Shown here in pieces: positions 1 through 8,685 of a DNA stretch of 64,000 bases. The notes beneath the pieces are model-generated. The model saw only the letters and a program-made list of their open reading frames with translations, had not been told where the DNA came from and ran no database searches. A program made the position numbers and the translations under genes. The stretch's first letter is position 1, and each line of letters starts with the position of its first letter. This DNA comes from a phage: the sequence record NC_135731.1, one strand, 5' to 3'.

Positions 1-92
1 TTCAAGGGGGACTTTAAGATATAGCAGCTTATCCCCATCTTTCATATCTCCTGATTCTCCTTGTGTGGCAATTTTCTTTAAAATAGCAGGGA

Positions 93-647
93 TTACTCCC
101 TGCTGTCAATATCAAAACTCATTGCAATACGGTATGCCTCTTCTAATGGTAAGAGTCTCCCCCACACATCCCAACCGACATCAAGCTGCCTGCCAAACAA
201 CTGTTGTGTGGTTCCGTGAGCATGACCGAACAGTTGGACTGATCCGTGAGGCTTTCTGTTCCACTTTGCAAACTGGTAATGGCTCATACAGATCAAATTC
301 TTGTTGTGGCGAAGCTCGTAATAATCTACAACCTCATGACCGAACTCTTTCATAATTCTGACAGTCGTTCTTGTGTCATGGTTGCCACGAACAAGAATAA
401 TATGTCCGTTCAACATATTTAGAATATCTGGAAGTAAGTTGTTGATATTCTTATCATTAGTGCACGCAATATCTCCCAGGTGGAACACAGTGTCTGCAGG
501 TGACACAACAGAGTTCCACTCGGCGATGATTCCAGCATTCATACTATCAAGATTGTGATCATACTGAGATCTGTGTTTTTGACATGACTCAAACTCCATG
601 ACCCGCTGGTGGAGAAAGTGTGTGTCGCTTGTTACAAAGTATTTCAT
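93..647 (-). CDS. Calcineurin-like metallophosphoesterase (putative polynucleotide 3'-phosphatase)
   Basis: ORF 93-749 trimmed to internal ATG at 647 (MKYFVTSDTHF); motifs SDTHF, GDIA, GNHD, GHAHG typical of metallophosphoesterases; starts 5 nt after the upstream kinase stop. Confidence 0.7.
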   Translation of the reverse strand: MKYFVTSDTHFLHQRVMEFESCQKHRSQYDHNLDSMNAGIIAEWNSVVSPADTVFHLGDIACTNDKNINNLLPDILNMLNGHIILVRGNHDTRTTVRIMKEFGHEVVDYYELRHNKNLICMSHYQFAKWNRKPHGSVQLFGHAHGTTQQLFGRQLDVGWDVWGRLLPLEEAYRIAMSFDIDSRE

Positions 648-654
648 ACATTCC

Positions 655-1062
655 TCATTTAAGTTTAATGCAGTTTTTAAGTTGGCGTTCCATACGATCC
701 ACAACCTCGTCTGAAGCATGAATGCTTTTATTACCGTGGCGGTTTTCAACCACGATCACGGTATAACTATACCCATAACTGATTGCCATGTCAACATATT
801 CCTGCACATGTTTTTCTTTTGTAAAAGTATTACTTACCACGATACGGTCGTATCCCATACGCATCATATCTTCTACGTTATCTTTGCACCATTTTGCTGC
901 GAGTGTTAATTTACTTGCATCCCAGTTGTAATTGCCGTCATCGTCATACCAGAACATGTCGTTCTCAAAATGTGGATACAGGCCTTCTAAAGATAGCGCA
1001 TTTGCCAGTGTTGATTTGCCAGACCCCGGCAGACCACGCACGATATATAGCATTTTAGACAT
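655..1062 (-). CDS. P-loop polynucleotide 5'-kinase-like protein
   Basis: Walker A GLPGSGKST near N-terminus, resembling T4 Pnk kinase domain; GGAGG RBS 6 nt upstream of ATG at 1062. Confidence 0.65.
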   Translation of the reverse strand: MSKMLYIVRGLPGSGKSTLANALSLEGLYPHFENDMFWYDDDGNYNWDASKLTLAAKWCKDNVEDMMRMGYDRIVVSNTFTKEKHVQEYVDMAISYGYSYTVIVVENRHGNKSIHASDEVVDRMERQLKNCIKLK

Positions 1063-1162
1063 AGCAATCCTCCGTTTTAATTTTAATGATAGTATACCTA
1101 ACTGTTTTGTTAATTTCAAGTGTTGACACTAGGTTATTTGTGTGGCAGGATAGACTGACAAA

Positions 1163-2098
1163 ATGACAAATGAGGAACGTATGATGAAGTATTTTAATGC
1201 AGATGACCTAGTAGACAAAGGTCTTGTAACCAGTCGGTATTATCCAGATCTTGGATTAAAGATCTATAAATATGCCAGAAAAGTATTCTACAACAATCTG
1301 TGGCATTTGTCTCCGCGTTTACTGGAGTGCCGAGGTATTGTTGTTGGCAATGAGGGGAATGTTGTGGCATGGCCTTTCACAAAAGTATTCAACTTAGGAG
1401 AAAACTCCACCAACCTACCGGACAGTAAACTTGTTACTGCGGTAGAGAAAAAGAACGGATTCCTCGGTGTGGTATCATCTCATAAAGGTGAACTGTTGTT
1501 CTCAACAACCGGGTCTCTTGATTCCCCATATTGTAACCTCGCAAAAGAAACCATCATGGAGCAATGTGGTAATTTAGATCTTATCAAGAAGGTTATGGGC
1601 AATGAAAACATGACATTCATGTTTGAAATTTGCCACCCTTCAGATCCGCATATTGTTCAGGAAGATCATGGCGCATATTTGATAGGTTGCAGATATAATG
1701 ATTCTGGAATAATGCTACCAGAAGCAGCTTTAGACGGGATTGCCAAATACCTTGGTGCAAAACGTCCTCACACTGTGCGTGAAATTCCGTTCAGCTATGC
1801 AAAAGAATTAGCTGCAGAAACAAGAGGTGAAGGGTATATGATTCGTAAGCCTTACTACCCTTATGATCTGCAGCTGAAGATCAAGTCTCCATACTATCTG
1901 GCACGGAAGGCTGTAATGAGGGGTAAAGCTTGGAAGATTTGGGATGATGATATCTTTAAACGTGTTGACGAAGAGTTTTACGGTATGGTAAAATTTATTC
2001 GTAGCAACTATACAGAAGATGTGTGGAATTGCTTATTAGAGCAGGAGCGTCGTGAGATACTGGACTACTATTTCCACAACGAGGACTATATGCAATGA
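1163..2098 (+). CDS. RNA ligase, T4 Rnl1 family
   Basis: Strong motif similarity to T4 RnlA: LLECRGIVV, KVFNLGEN, motif I KKNG (KxNG as in Trl1), LFSTTGSLDS. Confidence 0.85.
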   Translation: MTNEERMMKYFNADDLVDKGLVTSRYYPDLGLKIYKYARKVFYNNLWHLSPRLLECRGIVVGNEGNVVAWPFTKVFNLGENSTNLPDSKLVTAVEKKNGFLGVVSSHKGELLFSTTGSLDSPYCNLAKETIMEQCGNLDLIKKVMGNENMTFMFEICHPSDPHIVQEDHGAYLIGCRYNDSGIMLPEAALDGIAKYLGAKRPHTVREIPFSYAKELAAETRGEGYMIRKPYYPYDLQLKIKSPYYLARKAVMRGKAWKIWDDDIFKRVDEEFYGMVKFIRSNYTEDVWNCLLEQERREILDYYFHNEDYMQ

Positions 2099-2445
2099 AG
2101 AAGTGGATTGTGTGGCTTGATGATTTTAGAGATCCGTCAGATTATGGACTCCCAGACGCTCTGTGGCTAAAGAATTCTTCTGAGTTTATGGATTTTCTTA
2201 ATGATAAGAGAAAGCTCTACAGACGCGTATCTGAGTGGTATTTTGACAATGATCTAGGTGAAGTTCTTGAAGGGTACGACTGCTTCTCTGCGCTAGAGGA
2301 GAAACTTGTATTCGGAAAGCCACCACTTATTGACAACGTGATTATTTTCGTGCATACTTCTAATCCATCGGCAGCTCGTAAATTTATGCTTGCTGCTGAC
2401 TCATTCAAGAAGTTTGGAATAGAGATTAAACAAAACATCTACTGA
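2095..2445 (+). CDS. hypothetical protein (116 aa)
   Basis: ORF with ATGA overlap to ligase stop; no recognisable motif. Confidence 0.5.
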   Translation: MKKWIVWLDDFRDPSDYGLPDALWLKNSSEFMDFLNDKRKLYRRVSEWYFDNDLGEVLEGYDCFSALEEKLVFGKPPLIDNVIIFVHTSNPSAARKFMLAADSFKKFGIEIKQNIY

Positions 2446-2453
2446 GGACACTT

Positions 2454-3215
2454 ATGCGACGACTGATTATTATCTCCGGTGCTGGTTTGAGCGCTGAATC
2501 TGGTATCCCCACCTTCCGATCTGGTAGTACAGCAATGTGGGAGAATTTTAGCATCGATGAGGTATGCAACATCCACACCTTTGCCAAGAACTACGACAAG
2601 GTGCACGCATTCTATAATGCACGCCGTGCAGCTTTAGGGGGTGTTGAACCAAATATTGCCCATCTCCGCATCGCAGAATGGTATTCTCGTTGGTCTGGGC
2701 GTGTGATTAATCTTACAACCAACGTAGATGATCTCTTGGAGCGTGCTGGTGTTAAACATGAAGATATCTTACATGTCCATGGGTATTTGCCTGAAATCAC
2801 CTACGAAGATGCTGAAGGTAACGATGTAATTAAAAATATCGGATACACTGAGGTAGATACAGGCAAGTATATCTGGGTTAAGCCTAATGTGGTGTTCTTC
2901 GGAGAAGTAGCTCCGAAGTATACAGACATGTATGACCTGTTGACTTCTCTCACGAGCAATGATATGGTAATCCTGGTAGGTTGTTCTAACACAGTTATTA
3001 ATTTTAACTGGGAATTGTTTCCTGCTACTTGTAAAGGCACAAAACTGCTGATTGTAAACAAGTATGATTCGCAGAGTGCAGATGGAAGTGGCATTTCACG
3101 TAGCGACCTTTATCAATATGAGGATCGCGGGATCCCTGTATGGTTTAACGGTGCTGTTGACGCTTTCTCTGATAAAGCATTTATTGAAACTGTAGAAAAC
3201 TTTATGGAACTGTAA
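2454..3215 (+). CDS. Sir2-family NAD-dependent deacylase / ADP-ribosyltransferase (sirtuin)
   Basis: GAGLSAESGIPTFR NAD-binding motif, catalytic His in HVHG, CobB-like spacing; no zinc-binding Cys pairs. Confidence 0.8.
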   Translation: MRRLIIISGAGLSAESGIPTFRSGSTAMWENFSIDEVCNIHTFAKNYDKVHAFYNARRAALGGVEPNIAHLRIAEWYSRWSGRVINLTTNVDDLLERAGVKHEDILHVHGYLPEITYEDAEGNDVIKNIGYTEVDTGKYIWVKPNVVFFGEVAPKYTDMYDLLTSLTSNDMVILVGCSNTVINFNWELFPATCKGTKLLIVNKYDSQSADGSGISRSDLYQYEDRGIPVWFNGAVDAFSDKAFIETVENFMEL

Positions 3216-3229
3216 GAGGTGACCTTTTA

Positions 3230-3943
3230 ATGCTAAATACTAAACTGATCGACAACCTGGAAAAACTGTCTCAGCCTGAAAACTACCTTTGGTCTGCCAA
3301 CTGGGTGGAAAACTGGAACCGTGTGGCAGCTAAAGTGAAAAAATCATACACACCATTCGAATTACAGCTTAGCTTCATTGAGGAAGAGTTCAATGAGGTT
3401 TTGGAAGAGCTGGAGAAAGGTGATGGTGGAGATCACCTGCTAAAAGAGGCCTGCGATCTTCACGTTGTCACAAGTTATGCAGCCTATCTCGTTAATGACA
3501 ATCACGAAAAGTGGTCAAACCTGTTTGATAATCCACGAGGTCTTAAGTTCAAGATCGGTGAGTTCTATGATACACTGATCGCTGCGAAAAACACATCCAA
3601 GCAAAGATCGTCAGCTTACCGCTTAGCGGAGTTGTCAACAGCTTTGCTGTTCCAGCTTCGCGGCGATGTGTGCGGGATGATGCGTAAGGTTCTCAAATCG
3701 AATGACAGCAAGTTTGCACGGGTAAACCATCTACGGCATTCACACGGTGCCAGTGCAGATATGCCTGCTGAACAACTCATCGAGTTGGAGATTAAAGATC
3801 TTGAGCGTCGTTTTGGTGGTCGCTACGAAGGTTTCGTTGCTAAAGAGGAGTTCTACAACGGCAATAAAGTTATTATATTCCTTGACAGTAAAGGTAAGAT
3901 TATGAAGCCTTCGAGCTTCAAGGATGTAACAGAGTATATTTAA
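3230..3943 (+). CDS. MazG-like nucleotide pyrophosphohydrolase (putative)
   Basis: EEEFNEVLEELEKGD acidic helix resembling MazG EExxE motif; terminator hairpin follows. Confidence 0.45.
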   Translation: MLNTKLIDNLEKLSQPENYLWSANWVENWNRVAAKVKKSYTPFELQLSFIEEEFNEVLEELEKGDGGDHLLKEACDLHVVTSYAAYLVNDNHEKWSNLFDNPRGLKFKIGEFYDTLIAAKNTSKQRSSAYRLAELSTALLFQLRGDVCGMMRKVLKSNDSKFARVNHLRHSHGASADMPAEQLIELEIKDLERRFGGRYEGFVAKEEFYNGNKVIIFLDSKGKIMKPSSFKDVTEYI

Positions 3944-3949
3944 CAACAT

Positions 3950-3975
3950 AGCCGGGATTACCCGGCTTTACTTAT
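3950..3975 (+). terminator. Rho-independent terminator
   Basis: Hairpin AGCCGGG-ATTA-CCCGGCT followed by TTTACTTATT. Confidence 0.55.
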
Positions 3976-4005
3976 TATGGAAAGTATGCAGTGGGGTAGT
4001 TAGTT

Positions 4006-4314
4006 ATGTACAAGCATTCCAGAGATCTTGAAAAAGATGCTGTGTTTGGCGACCAGATGAAGGAGCTGATCAAACTTATTGGTAGAATGGAAGATAAGTT
4101 TGACACTAAAATCTACATCGATAGCAAGATCTTCAACCACAAAATATGGACAAATGTGTGTGTTGGGCTACATGGTGATAAAGATATTGTAAATTTGGTT
4201 GTAATAAAGTTCATAGTGTGGCAGAATAAGACTATACGTTATTCCGATCCACACTTACTTGTTTATCCTATAAAAGACCTACTACAGAAGGAGGACTGCA
4301 ATGCCGTTATTTAA
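4006..4314 (+). CDS. hypothetical protein (102 aa)
   Basis: ORF in gene array; no motif recognised. Confidence 0.45.
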   Translation: MYKHSRDLEKDAVFGDQMKELIKLIGRMEDKFDTKIYIDSKIFNHKIWTNVCVGLHGDKDIVNLVVIKFIVWQNKTIRYSDPHLLVYPIKDLLQKEDCNAVI

Positions 4315-4570
4315 TCTTGCTAAACCTGTAGAAGCCCACCAGTTTGACGGAAGCTCTTCATCAGTATCTGATCTGCAACGGTGGATTGATACAGGTGTGT
4401 TTACATCGTCACCTGTTCGGACCAGAGATCTTCGTCGCATGTGTGAGCTTGTCGAGCCTTTTGGTAACCTTGTCTTGTACCAGGGAGATTGGCTAGTTGA
4501 CTTTATGGGAGACTGGTTGGTAATGAGTAAAGAAGAGATGTTTAAAATTTTTAAGGAAGAGGACGAGTAA
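4301..4570 (+). CDS. hypothetical protein (89 aa)
   Basis: ORF; stop overlaps next start (ATGA). Confidence 0.45.
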   Translation: MPLFNLAKPVEAHQFDGSSSSVSDLQRWIDTGVFTSSPVRTRDLRRMCELVEPFGNLVLYQGDWLVDFMGDWLVMSKEEMFKIFKEEDE

Positions 4571-5853
4571 TGCATCAGATCAAAACAACACTGTACGCAC
4601 TGAATAAAGATGGCAGCTACCAACAGTGGAAAGTATTCACGGATGGTGATAAGGTTATCGTAGAGTTTGGCAAGCTTGATGGTAAACTGCAATACAAAGA
4701 GACGATCTGCACACCTAAGAACGTGGGTCGTGCCAATGAAACTACAGCTGAGCAACAGGCCGAGCTGGAAGCGATCAGTAAGTGGGAAAAACAAGTCCGT
4801 CTGGGGTATGTTGAAAACATGGAAGATTGCGAGCAGGGTGTTGATCTTTTACCCATGCTGGTGCATGACTACCTGAAGCGTGGCAAGGCACTTAAATTAC
4901 CTTGCTGGATCTTGCGTAAGTTAGATGGCCTTCGTCTGCTTGTTGTTTTCCAAAATGGTGAGCCTAAATTTATTTCCCGTGGTAATAAGTCCTACCCTAT
5001 TCAAGGAAAGCTTTTAGAGCAACTTCGTTCTTTCCATTCTACCACTGGGATTAAACAACTTGATGGGGAACTATACATTCATGGTCTTCCTTTGCAGAAA
5101 ATAGTGTCTCTTGCTAAACGGTGGCGCACACAGGAAGAGATTCAGGCCGAGATCGATAAAGACTATGAGGCAGATAAAAAACGCCGTCATGCCGCAATTA
5201 AGGCAGGCTTATCAACATACAAAAACTTCAACAAGGTAGATATTCCTGTCGATGTTGAGCCTGTTCGTGATGATTTGCGTTACGGTGGGTACTGTAGCTA
5301 CGATCTGGAGTATCACATTTTTGATATTCCTAGCGACAAGGTGTGGTGGGATCCAGAAACAGAGTCTGGACGCTGCAAGGATCTTATGGATGCAGGGGAT
5401 ACCGTTACCACTCTGATGCTTGACCATATCAAGGTTGTTGACGCAGAGCTTGCGTACACAGTTGATCATTGTGAAGAATCTGTTGGTATATTCATGTCCG
5501 AAGGATATGAAGGTACTATCATGCGTAATTTCTGCGGTAAATACGAGTACGGTCAGCGAACATCTGAAGCATTGAAATGGAAAAAGTTCAACGACGCAGA
5601 GGTGAAAGTTATTGACGTTGAGAAAGATAAGAATGACGAAGGTGTTCTTATCTGTGTTGACAAGGAAGGTGTTATTGTTAAAATGAAGATGAAAGGCACG
5701 CACGAGGAGCGTAGCTATGACAGGATGCAGGAAATGATCGGCAAGTTTGTCACCTTCAAATATCAATCAAGGACAGAAGACAACAACTACCAATTCCCTG
5801 TCGGTATCTGCGTCCGAAATGTTAACCCAGATACTTGGGAGGTGCTTGAATGA
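4570..5853 (+). CDS. ATP-dependent DNA ligase (nucleotidyltransferase superfamily)
   Basis: Motif I KLDGLR (KxDG), motif III DGELYIHG, motif IV EGYEGTIMR, motif V KWKKF. Confidence 0.65.
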   Translation: MHQIKTTLYALNKDGSYQQWKVFTDGDKVIVEFGKLDGKLQYKETICTPKNVGRANETTAEQQAELEAISKWEKQVRLGYVENMEDCEQGVDLLPMLVHDYLKRGKALKLPCWILRKLDGLRLLVVFQNGEPKFISRGNKSYPIQGKLLEQLRSFHSTTGIKQLDGELYIHGLPLQKIVSLAKRWRTQEEIQAEIDKDYEADKKRRHAAIKAGLSTYKNFNKVDIPVDVEPVRDDLRYGGYCSYDLEYHIFDIPSDKVWWDPETESGRCKDLMDAGDTVTTLMLDHIKVVDAELAYTVDHCEESVGIFMSEGYEGTIMRNFCGKYEYGQRTSEALKWKKFNDAEVKVIDVEKDKNDEGVLICVDKEGVIVKMKMKGTHEERSYDRMQEMIGKFVTFKYQSRTEDNNYQFPVGICVRNVNPDTWEVLE

Positions 5854-5977
5854 TGTAGGAAGGTTCAGTAGGTAACGGTAGCCAATCGAATGATGGTTTT
5901 TCAATTGGCACCTACATAACCACACTGTGTAGTGTTGTTGATCTGGTTAGTTATGAGTAAACTGGAGAGTATGAAAA

Positions 5978-6475
5978 ATGAAACTTGATAAAAATGTTCA
6001 ACGAAAAGCTTTCTTGGATCTTATTGGCTGGGCAGAGGGAACAACAACCCACCCTGCCACCAAATGTGGAGGATACGATGTTGTAGCATACGGGATGGAC
6101 GGAAAACCTGAAATCTTTACAGATTTTTCTACGCACCCTTTTGCAAACGGTCGCCCTGGTAAAGTGTTTAACTCAAAAGGGCAAAGAACTACAGCCTGCG
6201 GTAAATATCAATTTCTTGTCAAATACTGGGAACACTACAAAAAACAGCTTAAGTTGCCGGATTTTGGACCAGACAGTCAGGATAAGTGGGCGATCCAGTT
6301 GATCAGGGAACGTAAAGCACTTGAAGATATAGATAACGGTCATATTAAATCTGCTATACGTAAGACCTCAAATATTTGGGCTTCGTTCCCCTACAACCAG
6401 TACGACCAAAATCCAAAAACCATTGACAAGTTGCTTAAGAAATTTGTAGAGTTTGGAGGTGTTGTTCTGGATTAA
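5978..6475 (+). CDS. Endolysin, lambda R-type lytic transglycosylase
   Basis: Near-colinear similarity to lambda R: QRKAFLDLIGWAEGT, GYDV, CGKYQFLVKYWEHYKKQLKLPDFGPDSQD, SNIWASFP. Confidence 0.85.
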   Translation: MKLDKNVQRKAFLDLIGWAEGTTTHPATKCGGYDVVAYGMDGKPEIFTDFSTHPFANGRPGKVFNSKGQRTTACGKYQFLVKYWEHYKKQLKLPDFGPDSQDKWAIQLIRERKALEDIDNGHIKSAIRKTSNIWASFPYNQYDQNPKTIDKLLKKFVEFGGVVLD

Positions 6476-6483
6476 TGATTAAA

Positions 6484-6504
6484 AGGTAGGCCACTCGCCT
6501 ACCT
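6484..6504 (+). terminator. possible terminator hairpin
   Basis: AGGTAGGC-CACTC-GCCTACCT hairpin after lysozyme; weak T tract. Confidence 0.35.
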
Positions 6505-6529
6505 TGCTACACCAGAGGTGTGTTGAGAT

Positions 6530-7291
6530 ATGACGATACATTTCTTTTTTAATGATCACTACCCTTATTGGTACAAGGATGGTGATCTAATCTTTTGGAA
6601 ACCTGGCTGCAGTAGGAATGGAAATAGGGCTGGACACTACAACAAAAAGACTGGATATTTCCAAGTGTACAATAAGCTGACAAATGTTAAACGTGGCAGA
6701 CATAGGGAAATTTTTGACATGTTTTACGGATGTGTCACAGATACTTGGCATATTGATCATATTATCTCTAAGAAAAATTCTACTAACGGAGTGCCTGTAG
6801 ACAAGATAGAAAACCTTCAAATGTTGAAGCCTTGGGATAACTACTGTAAGAGAGCCTTGGAAAATGTGCAAAGCAATAACACCTCTACAGTGACTGGTGT
6901 GGTATGGCTGAAAAGAGAGGGTAAGTGGAGGGCAAGTAGAAGGATAAATAGGGTAAATGTTAGGTTGGGAGATTTTGACACTTTCGAAGAGGCTAAGTCT
7001 AGGGTTGAATGGTCAATAGCCAACCCGGAAGAGGCTTTAAAGATAGTTCCAAACCCGCACAAGAATAATATCCTGCCAGGTATTGATTGGTCTAAGAAAG
7101 ATACCTGTTGGAGGGCACGAGATAACAAAGGAAGAAACTTAAGGTGCTTCAACGACAGGAAGTGGCTAAACCCCTGGTGGGAGGCAGTTTGTGCAAGAAA
7201 GTCTTGGGAAGTAAACTGTCTCTACGGAGGAATGTCACTAACTGAGTGGAAGTTATCCAGAGGCTATCCAAGACCTTGTGTTGAGGATTGA
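6530..7291 (+). CDS. HNH homing endonuclease with AP2 DNA-binding domain
   Basis: HNH motif region HIDHIISKKNSTNG and AP2-like GVVWLKREGKWRASRRINRVNVRLGDFDTFEEA. Confidence 0.75.
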   Translation: MTIHFFFNDHYPYWYKDGDLIFWKPGCSRNGNRAGHYNKKTGYFQVYNKLTNVKRGRHREIFDMFYGCVTDTWHIDHIISKKNSTNGVPVDKIENLQMLKPWDNYCKRALENVQSNNTSTVTGVVWLKREGKWRASRRINRVNVRLGDFDTFEEAKSRVEWSIANPEEALKIVPNPHKNNILPGIDWSKKDTCWRARDNKGRNLRCFNDRKWLNPWWEAVCARKSWEVNCLYGGMSLTEWKLSRGYPRPCVED

Positions 7292-7354
7292 TCATTGACA
7301 TAACCACACGGACGTGGTATTGTTGCCTCATAGAATGTTCGAGAGGGTTTAACC

Positions 7355-7561
7355 ATGAAAGATTTTCTGTTGGCAATTTTGTTCATGGCAGCATGTCTGG
7401 CCTGTGGTGTCGTGTTTGCAGGTGAAACAGCGTATCTTGTCGATGTATATCGGGACAATGGTAAACGTATTTGCCTTTATGAGACAAGCCAAGGTGAGCT
7501 CTACGAGCTTGTGAAACAAGGCGAGGCTGGATCTTGTCCTCGCACCCATTTCTTTGAATGA
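7355..7561 (+). CDS. small secreted/membrane protein (68 aa)
   Basis: N-terminal hydrophobic signal-like segment LLAILFMAACLACGVVFA. Confidence 0.4.
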   Translation: MKDFLLAILFMAACLACGVVFAGETAYLVDVYRDNGKRICLYETSQGELYELVKQGEAGSCPRTHFFE

Positions 7562-7570
7562 GGAGAATAC

Positions 7571-8035
7571 GTGGAAGACGGACGTTTAATGAAGTCTGAA
7601 CGCAGGCTTATTGTGCAACTGATCCCAGAAACAGCTTGGTATAATAACCTCCGAAACGCTGTGAAGAAGAGTGAGTGGGATAAGATCCGTAAGAAGTGCT
7701 ACAGAGAAGCCAACTACACTTGTGAGGTGTGCGGAGGTAAAGGCAGCAAACATCCAGTGGAGTGTCATGAACTTTACACTTTCGAAGAGGGAGTGATCCG
7801 GCTTGTCGGACTGATAGCGTTGTGCCCAGATTGTCACACATCTGTGCATCCTGGGTTAGCAAATATCCGTGGAAAGTATGCTCAGGCAGTTAATCAGTTG
7901 GCTAAGGTGAATAAGATCACCAAGGGTATGGCAGAGGCCTATTACCGAGACTGCTTTGCAGAGTGGCGTGAGCTTAGTAAAGTTCCAGAATGGAAGACTG
8001 ACTTTTCGTGGATAGAGGGTTACCTTGATGGCTAA
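7571..8035 (+). CDS. zinc-binding HNH-like nuclease family protein (putative)
   Basis: CEVCG ... HPVECHELY ... CPDCH pattern; GTG start after GAGGAG RBS, or ATG at 7589. Confidence 0.45.
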   Translation: MEDGRLMKSERRLIVQLIPETAWYNNLRNAVKKSEWDKIRKKCYREANYTCEVCGGKGSKHPVECHELYTFEEGVIRLVGLIALCPDCHTSVHPGLANIRGKYAQAVNQLAKVNKITKGMAEAYYRDCFAEWRELSKVPEWKTDFSWIEGYLDG

Positions 8036-8324
8036 GAAACCTGCAAAAGAGAAATTTGATAAGACAGCTTTTGTATTCGATACACCTCTGGACGATATCA
8101 TCAGAGGTATGCAAGCCTTGTATAGGAAGTCTGAATCTGAGCAGTTGTCGGAATCAGAGCTTTACTGGTTGGGTTGGTGGGAGCTTAATCTACCTAAAGC
8201 TGAAAGCTCTAATCTAAAAACCGTTAAAACTTGTGCCCAAGAAAATGCTGCACTTGGAATTTACCACAAAAGAAAAAGATCAACAAAAAGCTCTCCAAGA
8301 AAGACTAAAAGTCTTGACAAATGA
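8025..8324 (+). CDS. hypothetical protein (99 aa)
   Basis: ORF overlapping previous stop; lysine-rich C-terminus. Confidence 0.4.
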   Translation: MMAKKPAKEKFDKTAFVFDTPLDDIIRGMQALYRKSESEQLSESELYWLGWWELNLPKAESSNLKTVKTCAQENAALGIYHKRKRSTKSSPRKTKSLDK

Positions 8325-8376
8325 GTCTATGATCTGATATTATCAGTTAACTATTTATTAACTAGGAGAACTAGGT

Positions 8377-8685
8377 ATGCTTAAAATTTTTATTGTTGAA
8401 GATAAAGATATCGTCCAGTTGTATGCAAATGAGAATCACAAAGGTATGATTCTGAAGAAGGCAAGCAACCTTCATGAAAACACAATTCAACCTGGCGATG
8501 TAATTAAGATCTGTGGCTATCTGATACCAGACTCCTTGATGAAAATAACCCACCACTGGGGGTCTAATCTGTTCCTTTTTGAAAAGTATTGGGATGTTGA
8601 GTCACTTATTGCAGAAAGTGATGATGCATTTCATTACAGCATCCAACCATCTTGCAGAATAACTAACAGGAGGGGCTTTGAGTAA
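8377..8685 (+). CDS. hypothetical protein (102 aa)
   Basis: ORF with AGGAG RBS. Confidence 0.45.
   Translation: MLKIFIVEDKDIVQLYANENHKGMILKKASNLHENTIQPGDVIKICGYLIPDSLMKITHHWGSNLFLFEKYWDVESLIAESDDAFHYSIQPSCRITNRRGFE

Noticed and set aside
5212-5766. Long antisense ORFs inside confident genes (e.g. 5212-5766, 15683-16201, 2801-3094, 23547-23972, 12388-12744)
   Set aside because: Shadow ORFs on the opposite strand of well-supported genes; no independent support.
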